A program made the translations under genes and the position numbers. Positions 29,250 through 36,985 of a DNA stretch of 42,500 nucleotides are shown in pieces. The notes under the pieces are model-generated. The model was not told the origin of the DNA. It saw nothing but the letters and a program-made list of their open reading frames with translations, and did no database searches. Position 1 is the stretch's first letter; each line of letters opens with the position of its first letter. The stretch covers positions 1 to 42,500 of the forward strand of contig CAZTLA010000002.1 in assembly GCA_964614365.1 (NCBI GenBank), in the 5' to 3' direction. Source of the stretch: an uncultured Syntrophales bacterium (GTDB lineage Bacteria; Desulfobacterota; Syntrophia; Syntrophales; JACQWR01).

Positions 29250-29903
29250 ATGGGGACAAAAGAGATCATAGAGAAATTCAAAGGTATGGACACCACCTGC
29301 CTCTCCGACGCCATGGATCGGCTGGGCATCAAGTGCGGTTGCGCGGGGATACTACCTGTGGTTGCCGGCGTAAAGGCCGTGGGAGAGGCATTCACGGTGA
29401 AATACCGACCCTGTGGCACGGTCAAGGGAACGGTGGGCGATTTCCTGGACGATGTGGTCCCCGGACAGGTGGTGGTCCTCGATAACGGTGGCCGGACCTA
29501 CGGCACCGTCTGGGGCGACATCATGACGGTCTACGCGCAGAAACGGGGTGTTGCCGGCACGGTGATCGATGGGGTCTGCCGCGATCTGCCGCGCATTCTT
29601 GACGTCAGATACCCGATTTTCACGAGGGGAAGGTTCATGGTTACGGGGAAAGACAGAGTTGAACTGGATGGGCTGAACGTTCCCGTTGCCATAAGCGACG
29701 TCCCGGTGAGGCCCGGCGACATAATGGTTTGCGACGATACGGGAGTTGTGGTTGTCCCTGCCGACAGGGCCGGCGAGGTGCTGGAGGCGGCCTGCGAGAT
29801 CGACGAGGTGGAGCAGCGGATACTGGCACTCCTGGGTGAGGGGATGACCATGCGTGAGGCGCGGGCGAAGCTGGGGTATCACAAACTGCAAACGAAGAAA
29901 TAA
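29250..29903 (+). CDS. RraA-like / HMG-CHA aldolase-family protein, paralog 3
   Basis: 217 aa with the same fold pattern (GQVVVLDN......VWGDIM....Q.RGVAGTVIDGVCRD......YPIFTRG). Confidence 0.75.
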   Translation: MGTKEIIEKFKGMDTTCLSDAMDRLGIKCGCAGILPVVAGVKAVGEAFTVKYRPCGTVKGTVGDFLDDVVPGQVVVLDNGGRTYGTVWGDIMTVYAQKRGVAGTVIDGVCRDLPRILDVRYPIFTRGRFMVTGKDRVELDGLNVPVAISDVPVRPGDIMVCDDTGVVVVPADRAGEVLEAACEIDEVEQRILALLGEGMTMREARAKLGYHKLQTKK

Positions 29904-29921
29904 TTTTAACAAGGAGAACCG

Positions 29922-31289
29922 ATGGAACCGACAAAAGTGTTAGCTCGATTCTGCGAAAAAACGACCTTTGAAGATCTGCCCAAAGACGTGGTGAAAATCG
30001 CCAAGCAAACCATTCTGGACACGCTCGGTTGCGCCGTGGGGACCCACTCGGATGAGCCGGAGAAACCCCAGGTCATCAACAAGGTCGCAAAAAGTTTAGG
30101 AACGACCGCGCAAGAGGCCACCGTTATTTGCGGGAACATGAAGGTTTCTTCTCCCTTTGCCGCTCTCGCCAACGGGGTCATCTGCCACGGCATTGATTTT
30201 GACGACACCCACGGCGAGGCCCTTACCCATACCAGTTCCGTGATCGTTCCGGCGGCTCTGGCCACGGCGGAAGAAGCCGGGCAAAGCGGCAAGGACCTGA
30301 TCACCAGTTTTGTTCTCGGCTTTGAGACAGCGGTCCGGGTAGGCATGGCGGTCATGCCTACCCACTACGACTACTGGCACTCTACGGCAACGAACGGCAC
30401 GTTCGGCGCAGCGGCGGCGGCGGGGAAGAACTACGCGTTTACCGCGGAGCAATACGTAAACGCCTTCGGCTTCAGCGGCACGCAGGCGGCAGGGCTTTTG
30501 ACCTACCTGAAATTCGGCGATTATACCAAGAGCTTCAATCCCGGCAAGTCGGCCTTCAACGGCATCCTGTCCGCCCTGATGGTGAAGGCCGGAGGCACGG
30601 CGCCCCCGAATATGATCGAGAACCCCAAGGGCTATACGGGGGCTTACTCCAAGGAACCAAATCTGCAGAAGCTTACCCGCGGCCTTGACGGCGGCCCCAT
30701 GGTCTGGGAAATCCTGAACAATATGCTGAAGCCCTTCCCATCGCTTGCCGCCAGCCATCCGCCCATGGATGTCATCTTGCGGCTGGTGAATGAGAACGAC
30801 CTGAAGCCGGAAAACATCGTCAAGATCTTCAACAAGACCTACAACACGGTCGTGAGCCATTTCTCCAATTACGACCCGATCAACGTCATGGCCGCCCGCC
30901 TGAGCGTTCCCTACTGCATGGCCGTCTGCGCCGCCAAGAGGGACGGGGGATTGAACGCCTTCCATATGGAGACGGTCAAGGATCCGGTGGTGCAGGACAT
31001 GCTGAAAAAGGTCGAGATCGTGGCTGATCCGGAACTGCATAAACTCTATCCGGAAAAGTTTCCCACCAACATCGAGATCACCACGAAGGACGGCAAAGTG
31101 TATAAGGGAGAAATGTACTATGCCAAGGGAAGCGCCAAGAATCCTTTCAGCAATGAGGAGATCAATGAGAAGTTCAGGGGTCTCGCGCTGCCGATGATGG
31201 ACAAGAAGAAGGTGGACACCATCGTGCAGATGGCGGAGAACCTGGAAGACGTGAAAAACGTAGCCGAATTCGGCCGGCTCTTTGCGTAA
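29922..31289 (+). CDS. MmgE/PrpD-family protein (2-methylcitrate-dehydratase superfamily)
   Basis: 455 aa. The N-terminus (F....L...V....K...LD.LGCA.G) and overall length fit MmgE/PrpD. The specific reaction is unknown. Confidence 0.8.
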   Translation: MEPTKVLARFCEKTTFEDLPKDVVKIAKQTILDTLGCAVGTHSDEPEKPQVINKVAKSLGTTAQEATVICGNMKVSSPFAALANGVICHGIDFDDTHGEALTHTSSVIVPAALATAEEAGQSGKDLITSFVLGFETAVRVGMAVMPTHYDYWHSTATNGTFGAAAAAGKNYAFTAEQYVNAFGFSGTQAAGLLTYLKFGDYTKSFNPGKSAFNGILSALMVKAGGTAPPNMIENPKGYTGAYSKEPNLQKLTRGLDGGPMVWEILNNMLKPFPSLAASHPPMDVILRLVNENDLKPENIVKIFNKTYNTVVSHFSNYDPINVMAARLSVPYCMAVCAAKRDGGLNAFHMETVKDPVVQDMLKKVEIVADPELHKLYPEKFPTNIEITTKDGKVYKGEMYYAKGSAKNPFSNEEINEKFRGLALPMMDKKKVDTIVQMAENLEDVKNVAEFGRLFA

Positions 31290-31324
31290 GGTATAGTGTA
31301 CTCGAAAAAAAAGAGGAGGCTACA

Positions 31325-32641
31325 ATGACAGACCTGACCACAACCATCGGAAAATTGAAACTGAAAAATCCCCTGCTCCTGGGCGCAGGGCCCTTAAGCG
31401 GCACCGCCGGGCACATACGGAAATGCGCGGATGCGGGGTTCGGCGCCATCTGCGCCAAGACCGCAACGCTTTCCCCCTTTCTGCAGAAGTATCCCCGGCC
31501 CCTTTACCGTCTGAAGGATTACGCAGTAAGACCTGACGAACCATTCCACGTTCCCAGGGATTATATGTGGCTCCACCGGGAGCACAACTCCGTCTTTCCC
31601 GCCGACAAGTTTGTGGAGATCATCAGGGAAGTGGCCCCCTACTGCAAGGATCGCAGGACGGTCCTGATCGGCAGTTTCGCCGGGCGCAGCATACAGGAAT
31701 GGCAGAAAATCGTGACGGCCTATGCGGAGGCGGGCGCCAATGCCATGGAGCTCAACTTCTGCTGCCCCTTCCCCCCGGAAGGCCTGGTAAGCGATCCCAC
31801 CGAGGCCCACCTGGGCATCTACTTCTCCCAGAACCCCGACCGGGGCGCCGAGGTCATCCGCAAGCTCAAGGAAACCGTTGATATTCCCCTTTTCCCGAAG
31901 CTTGGACCGGGGGCGGGCGATTTCCTCCAGATCGCGCAGATATTCAAGCAGGCGGGTGCGGACGGCATTTCCCTGTTTGCCAACGACCGGCTGCTCCGGA
32001 TAGACATCGAAACGGGACGGCCCGTCAACCACGGCCCATGCGCCGGCACGTCGCCTCACATGATTGCATCCACCATGCGATGGGCTTCCGAGATCGTGCA
32101 GGAAACGAAGCTGCCCGTGCTTGCGGGACGGGGCGTGACCCAGTGGGAAGACGTCATCGAAATGCTCATGGCCGGCGCCGCCGGCGTCGAGATGTGCGCC
32201 GCCGTGATGGTGCATGGCCTGAAATACATCCGGCCCCTTCTCGCGGACGTGGAAGCCTTCATGGATCGCAAACGGTACAAGGGTGTGGACGAGCTTTACG
32301 GCCGGGCACTGAAGCACATCCTGAGCAACAAACAGTTGATTGACGATACCCGTGCCCTCTGTGCGGAGATCGACCTCAGGAAGTGCATCGGCTGCCGTCG
32401 CTGCACAGAGGTGTGCGTCTACGACGCCATCGAAGAGCTGCCGAAGAAGAACCGGACGATGGAAGAGAAATGCTCCGGCTGCACCCTCTGCAGCCAGGTG
32501 TGCCCCGTGTGCGCCATCAACATAAAGGAGCGGGACAACGACGACGACCATTTCCGCGCGCTTGCCTGGGAGCACCAAGCGCTGATGCCGGAGCTGTTTA
32601 AAAATATACCTCCAAGCAAGACGAAGTCGCATTCAAAATGA
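31325..32641 (+). CDS. dihydroorotate/dihydropyrimidine-dehydrogenase (PreA)-like TIM-barrel flavoenzyme with a C-terminal 2x[4Fe-4S] ferredoxin domain
   Basis: The L.NP...GAGP start and NFCCP(F)P motif fit the DHOD/DPD family. The C-terminus carries CIGCRRCTEVC and CSGCTLCSQVCP cluster motifs. Confidence 0.75.
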   Translation: MTDLTTTIGKLKLKNPLLLGAGPLSGTAGHIRKCADAGFGAICAKTATLSPFLQKYPRPLYRLKDYAVRPDEPFHVPRDYMWLHREHNSVFPADKFVEIIREVAPYCKDRRTVLIGSFAGRSIQEWQKIVTAYAEAGANAMELNFCCPFPPEGLVSDPTEAHLGIYFSQNPDRGAEVIRKLKETVDIPLFPKLGPGAGDFLQIAQIFKQAGADGISLFANDRLLRIDIETGRPVNHGPCAGTSPHMIASTMRWASEIVQETKLPVLAGRGVTQWEDVIEMLMAGAAGVEMCAAVMVHGLKYIRPLLADVEAFMDRKRYKGVDELYGRALKHILSNKQLIDDTRALCAEIDLRKCIGCRRCTEVCVYDAIEELPKKNRTMEEKCSGCTLCSQVCPVCAINIKERDNDDDHFRALAWEHQALMPELFKNIPPSKTKSHSK

Positions 32642-32656
32642 TAACAAGGCGGCAAC

Positions 32657-32705
32657 GAGGAGGCGACACAGGCGTACTCGAATAGTACGTCGAGGAGCTA
32701 ACGAT
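32657..32705 (-). repeat. fragment related to the internal part of the 33786-33911 MITE-like element, in the opposite orientation
   Basis: GAGGAGGCGACACAGGCGTACTCGAATAGTACGTCGAGGAGC resembles the reverse complement of 33827-33870 (hand alignment, several indels). Confidence 0.45.
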
Positions 32706-32756
32706 GCAGACAACACAGTTAGCGTTTGAAGGTGACTTCGTATAAAGGGAAGAAAA

Positions 32757-33785
32757 ATGAAAACATTCCAAATCGCACTGATCCCTGGAGACGGCGTCGG
32801 GACGGAAGTGGTGGGAGCTGCCAGGGAGGTCCTCGAAGCGCTGGCGAAGAAGGGCGGAGATTTCACGCCTGCGTTCACCGAATACCCGGCGGGTAAAACC
32901 GCTTACGAGAAGACCGGGGACAGTCTCCCCGCCGACACGCTCAAGGGTATTGGCGCTTCCGATGCAACGCTCATGGGCGCCATGGCCACGGGACTTGTTC
33001 CCCCGCCCAGCCCCATGGGAAAGCTGCGCCGGGAGATGGACCTCTACGCCGAGATCCGGCCCATCCAGTCCTATCCCGGCGTGTGGTGCCTCAGGGACAA
33101 TCTCGACATCATAATCGTCCGGGAGACGACGCAGGGGTTTCTGGCGGACAGAAACCTGTACAAGGGTAACGGAGAATTCATGCCGGACAAGGATACGGTC
33201 CTTTCCCTCAGGGTGCTCACGAGATATGCCTGCGAGAGGATCGCCCGCTTCGCCTGCGACTACGCTATGCGGCTCTCCCGGAAAAAAATCACCGTTGCCC
33301 ACAAGGCGAACGTCCTCAGGCTGGGGGATAACTTTTTTCTCGATATCTGCCGGGAGACGGCGAAAGACTATCCCAACCTCGCGATGAACGACGAATACAT
33401 AGACACCGTCGCCAACAAACTGATCAGTCATCCTGAAGACTACGACGTCATTCTTACGACAAACATGTATGGGGACGTCGTTTCCGACGAAGCGGCGGCA
33501 CTGGTGAGTTCCCTGGTTCCCACCGCCAATTTCGGGAAAAGCTGCGCAATCTTCCGCCCGATACACGAGTCGCTGATCGAGATTGCAGGCAAGAACATCG
33601 TCAATCCCATTCCCACGATTCTTTGCGGCGTGATGCTGCTGGATTACCTGGGTGCCGGCAAAGCGGCTGCCCGCCTCAGAAAGGCGGTGGGCGCGGTACT
33701 GGCGGAGGGCAGGGTAAAAACGGCGGACCTGGGTGGGAAGTCTTCCACGAGCGATGTGACGGCGGCCATAATAGCGGCCCTGTAA
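32757..33785 (+). CDS. isocitrate/3-isopropylmalate/homoisocitrate/tartrate dehydrogenase-family beta-decarboxylating dehydrogenase
   Basis: 342 aa with I..IPGDG.G.EV, RE.TEG-like VRETTQG, and NMYGDV.SDEAA motifs. Confidence 0.85.
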   Translation: MKTFQIALIPGDGVGTEVVGAAREVLEALAKKGGDFTPAFTEYPAGKTAYEKTGDSLPADTLKGIGASDATLMGAMATGLVPPPSPMGKLRREMDLYAEIRPIQSYPGVWCLRDNLDIIIVRETTQGFLADRNLYKGNGEFMPDKDTVLSLRVLTRYACERIARFACDYAMRLSRKKITVAHKANVLRLGDNFFLDICRETAKDYPNLAMNDEYIDTVANKLISHPEDYDVILTTNMYGDVVSDEAAALVSSLVPTANFGKSCAIFRPIHESLIEIAGKNIVNPIPTILCGVMLLDYLGAGKAAARLRKAVGAVLAEGRVKTADLGGKSSTSDVTAAIIAAL

Positions 33786-33911
33786 CAGGCTGCTGAAAAA
33801 TGCCCATCTGCGGCGTTTCCCTCGTCCTTCGTTGCTGCGACGTACGACTATTGTACGCCTCGCTCCTCAGAACTTCGGGGGCCTTGCATATGAACATTTT
33901 TGAGCAGCCTG
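33786..33911. mobile_element. 126-bp MITE-like insert with 17-bp terminal inverted repeats (CAGGCTGCTGAAAAATG / CATTTTTGAGCAGCCTG)
   Basis: It starts directly after the TAA of the dehydrogenase gene and has 16/17 complementary termini. A solo TAACAGGCTGCTGAA also follows the leuC-like stop at 35218-35233. Confidence 0.6.
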
Positions 33912-33951
33912 TAAAAACGACTATTTCAGCAACTTAATAAAGGAGAATGCC

Positions 33952-35220
33952 ATGGGCATGAACATAACGGAAAAAATACTTGCGCGGGCATCGGGGAAAA
34001 AGTCCTGCGCCCCCGGCGACATTGTGGAGGCGTCGATCGACGTGGCCATGCTCCATGACATCGGCACGCCGGGCATCCAGCGTCCCCTGAAGGAACTGGG
34101 AGTAGAAAAGTTGCCCCCCTCCGTGGAAGTGGTGATCATCCCAGACCACTTCGTTCCCGCGCCCACGGCGCAGGCGGCGGATAATCTGAAGCTTACCCGT
34201 GAATTTGCCCGCAAGCACCATATCGAGAATTACTACGAGATAGGTCGGGGCGGTATCTGCCATCAGGTCATGGCCGAAAAGGGGCATATCAGGCCGGGCG
34301 ACGTGATTATCGCTCCCGATTCCCACACGACCACGTACGGCGCTTTCGGGGCCTTCGCGGTCGGCCTCGGAGTTACCGACATGGCCATCGGACTGGGATT
34401 GGGGAAGCTGTGGTTCAAGGTTCCCCCCACCGTGAAAATCGTGCTCACGGGAAAACTGCGCCCCGCCACATCGGCGAAGGATATTTCTTTGTTCCTGCTC
34501 CGCGAGCTGGGTACGGAGGCCCTCTCCTATAAGGCGATAGAACTGGCAGGCAACGTCATCGAGGAGATGAGCATTGACGGCCGCATGTGCATCTGCGACA
34601 TCGCCGCGGAGATGGGGACGAAGAACTGCGTCATTGCGACCGATAAAACCACCATGGATTACCTGAAGACGCGCACGGATAAACCCCTGTCGCCGATTAT
34701 GAGCGATCCCGATGCGCGCTGCGAGGAAGTGAGGGAATTCGACGTTTCCACCCTCGAACCCCTGGTTGCCTCCCCCCACGTTCCCACCAATGTGCAGTCG
34801 GTGAGGGAAGCGGCCGGCGCAAAAATAGATCAGGCATTTCTCGGCTCCTGCACCAACGGCAGGATGGAAGACCTGCGGATCGCTGCCGGGATATTCAAAA
34901 AAGCCAATGCAAAGGTTCATCCCGACGTCCGCCTCATCATCACGCCCGCCTCCCAGGAGATTTATCTTGACGCCCTGAAGGAAGGGCTCTGGGAGATGTT
35001 CATCAAGGCGGGGGCCCTGGTCACCAACCCCTCCTGCGGCGCCTGTTTCGGAGGTCACATGGGCCTGCTGGGCGCGGGAGAAACGTGCATATCAACTTCC
35101 AACAGGAATTTTATCGGCAGGATGGGGAGCCCCAAGGCGGGAATCTATCTTGCCTCTCCCGCGACGGTTGCGGCATCGGCAATAGAGGGCAGGATCACGG
35201 ACCCGACGGGGAAAATATAA
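33952..35220 (+). CDS. aconitase-family dehydratase large subunit (LeuC/HacA type, about 420 aa)
   Basis: T..EKIL..., D....HD.T, PDSHT...GA.GAFA.G.G and GSCTNGR motifs are present, along with the C.AC cluster-ligand region (NPSCGACFGGHMG). Confidence 0.85.
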   Translation: MGMNITEKILARASGKKSCAPGDIVEASIDVAMLHDIGTPGIQRPLKELGVEKLPPSVEVVIIPDHFVPAPTAQAADNLKLTREFARKHHIENYYEIGRGGICHQVMAEKGHIRPGDVIIAPDSHTTTYGAFGAFAVGLGVTDMAIGLGLGKLWFKVPPTVKIVLTGKLRPATSAKDISLFLLRELGTEALSYKAIELAGNVIEEMSIDGRMCICDIAAEMGTKNCVIATDKTTMDYLKTRTDKPLSPIMSDPDARCEEVREFDVSTLEPLVASPHVPTNVQSVREAAGAKIDQAFLGSCTNGRMEDLRIAAGIFKKANAKVHPDVRLIITPASQEIYLDALKEGLWEMFIKAGALVTNPSCGACFGGHMGLLGAGETCISTSNRNFIGRMGSPKAGIYLASPATVAASAIEGRITDPTGKI

Positions 35221-35256
35221 CAGGCTGCTGAAGAAGTTATTTAAAGGGGATGTCAG

Positions 35257-35751
35257 ATGAACATGAGAGGAAAAGTATGGAAGTACGGAGACGACATCGA
35301 TACGGACGTCATCTATCCGGGCAAATATCTGGTTTCTTTTGATCCCGCGGAGGCCGCGAAGCACGCCATGGAGGGACTGGAACTGGATTTTCATAAGAAG
35401 ATAACGAAGGGAGATATCCTGGTCGTCGGAAGAAACTTCGGCAGCGGCTCCGCCCGCGAACAGGCTGCGGTGGCGCTGAGATCGGCGGGGATAAGCGCCG
35501 TGATCGCCGAATCCTTCGCCCGTTCCTTTTACCGCAATGCCATCAACGTCTGCCTGCCGGTGGTGGAACTCAAGGGCATCCACAGCTCAACGGATGAAGG
35601 CGACGAGGTGGAAATAGACATGGAGGAGGGGCTGATCCGGAATTTAACTCAAAAAAACGAATATCGTTTCCCCCCGCTTCCTCTTTTTCTCATGGAAATA
35701 TTGAAAATCGGCGGCGCCGTTGCCTACTACCGGCAGAAAGCGCAGCGGTGA
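35257..35751 (+). CDS. aconitase-family dehydratase small subunit (LeuD/HacB type)
   Basis: 164 aa with G.V.K.GD.IDTD.I.P..YL, GRNFG.GSSRE.A..AL...G...VIA.SFARIFYRNAIN-like motifs. Confidence 0.85.
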   Translation: MNMRGKVWKYGDDIDTDVIYPGKYLVSFDPAEAAKHAMEGLELDFHKKITKGDILVVGRNFGSGSAREQAAVALRSAGISAVIAESFARSFYRNAINVCLPVVELKGIHSSTDEGDEVEIDMEEGLIRNLTQKNEYRFPPLPLFLMEILKIGGAVAYYRQKAQR

Positions 35752-35810
35752 CGGAGCAGGAAAATAGTCGTTGCGGGGAGTGCCTCGCAAGCCGCGCCTT
35801 CAAAGGCGGG

Positions 35811-35840
35811 GAACCTGATTCCTCTCTGGAGGAATCAGGT
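35811..35840. other. perfect 13-bp stem / 4-nt loop hairpin between the leuD-like gene and the second tctC
   Basis: AACCTGATTCCTC-TCTG-GAGGAATCAGGTT, with no following T-tract. Confidence 0.6.
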
Positions 35841-35868
35841 TATGAATAACGAAATCAGGAGGTAGCTT

Positions 35869-36882
35869 ATGAAAAAATGCACCCTATTGCCTTTGATCGG
35901 GTTGTTTGTTCTGTCACTGTCATTGTATCCCTTTCGTCTCTTTGCGGCTGCGGCCCCCTTCTACGAAGGCAAGGTAATCAACATAGTTGTCGGTTATAAC
36001 CCCGGCGGAGGCTACGATCGCGTGGCCCGTCTGCTTGCCAAACATCTCTCCAAACACATCCCGGGGAAACCGGCCGTTATCGTTCAAAACATGCCCGGCG
36101 CCAGCAGCATGATCGCCACCAATCATGTGTATAATATTGCCAAGCCGAACGGTCTTACGATCGGCGCTATAGACCGGGGACTCGCTTTTGCCCAGTTGCT
36201 GAAGGCGGAGGGCGGCAAGTTTGATCTGAGAAAATTTGCCTGGATAGGGTCGGCGGCGGTAGAGAGCACGGTATTGATTGTGCGAAGCGAACTGCCGTAC
36301 AAGACCGTTGATGATCTTGCCAAGGCGAAATCGCCGGTCATGATCGGTAACTTGGGCCTTGCCAATAACAGCACCCATTTCCTTGTTTTCCAGAAGGAAT
36401 TTCTCGGTTACAATTATAAATTCATATCCTATCCTGCCGCCGCCGATGCCATGCTGGCTCTCGAAAGAAAAGAGATAGACGGCATGGGGGTCGCTTACAG
36501 CACGGCCAAACTGTTAATAGACAGAGGCACGGCGCGCCCCTTGATTCGAGGGCGCGTATCCGAGGCCGGAATTGAAAATTTGCCTGTGGACGAAGACCTT
36601 GCCAGGGACAGCAAGGCAAAAACGCTTATGGCCATGCGTTCCGCGCCCGACCGGATGGGACGGCCCTACGTGCTTCCCCCGGGAACGCCGGAGGCGGTGA
36701 TGAGCATATTACGAAACGCCTTTGCCAAGGTCATGAAAGACCCGGCCCTGCAGGAAGATGCCAAAAACAATAAAATGACACTGGAATACGTGCCTGACCG
36801 GGAAGTGCAAAAATTGCTGGAGTATATTCTCAACCAGCCGCCGGAGATGGTAAACGAATTTGCCAAATATATAAAACTTTAA
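35869..36882 (+). CDS. second TctC/Bug-family periplasmic substrate-binding protein
   Basis: 337 aa with a signal peptide and the same family architecture as 26222-27187, but clearly divergent in sequence. Confidence 0.75.
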   Translation: MKKCTLLPLIGLFVLSLSLYPFRLFAAAAPFYEGKVINIVVGYNPGGGYDRVARLLAKHLSKHIPGKPAVIVQNMPGASSMIATNHVYNIAKPNGLTIGAIDRGLAFAQLLKAEGGKFDLRKFAWIGSAAVESTVLIVRSELPYKTVDDLAKAKSPVMIGNLGLANNSTHFLVFQKEFLGYNYKFISYPAAADAMLALERKEIDGMGVAYSTAKLLIDRGTARPLIRGRVSEAGIENLPVDEDLARDSKAKTLMAMRSAPDRMGRPYVLPPGTPEAVMSILRNAFAKVMKDPALQEDAKNNKMTLEYVPDREVQKLLEYILNQPPEMVNEFAKYIKL

Positions 36883-36920
36883 GGGAGAGCTTCAACAGAC
36901 ATCATGGCAAAATCTCCCCT

Positions 36921-36970
36921 CCCTCTCTTTGCCAAAGAGGGACATGATTCCTCCCTTTGGAAAAGGGAGG
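36921..36970 (+). repeat. double-hairpin repeat (CCCTCTCTTTGCCAAAGAGGG ... CCTCCCTTTGGAAAAGGGAGG), left member of an inverted pair
   Basis: Its reverse complement aligns with 38536-38583 with about 6 mismatches by hand. It lies between tctC2 and the SDH-alpha-like gene. Confidence 0.7.
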
Positions 36971-36985
36971 GGGGGGAGGGATTTT

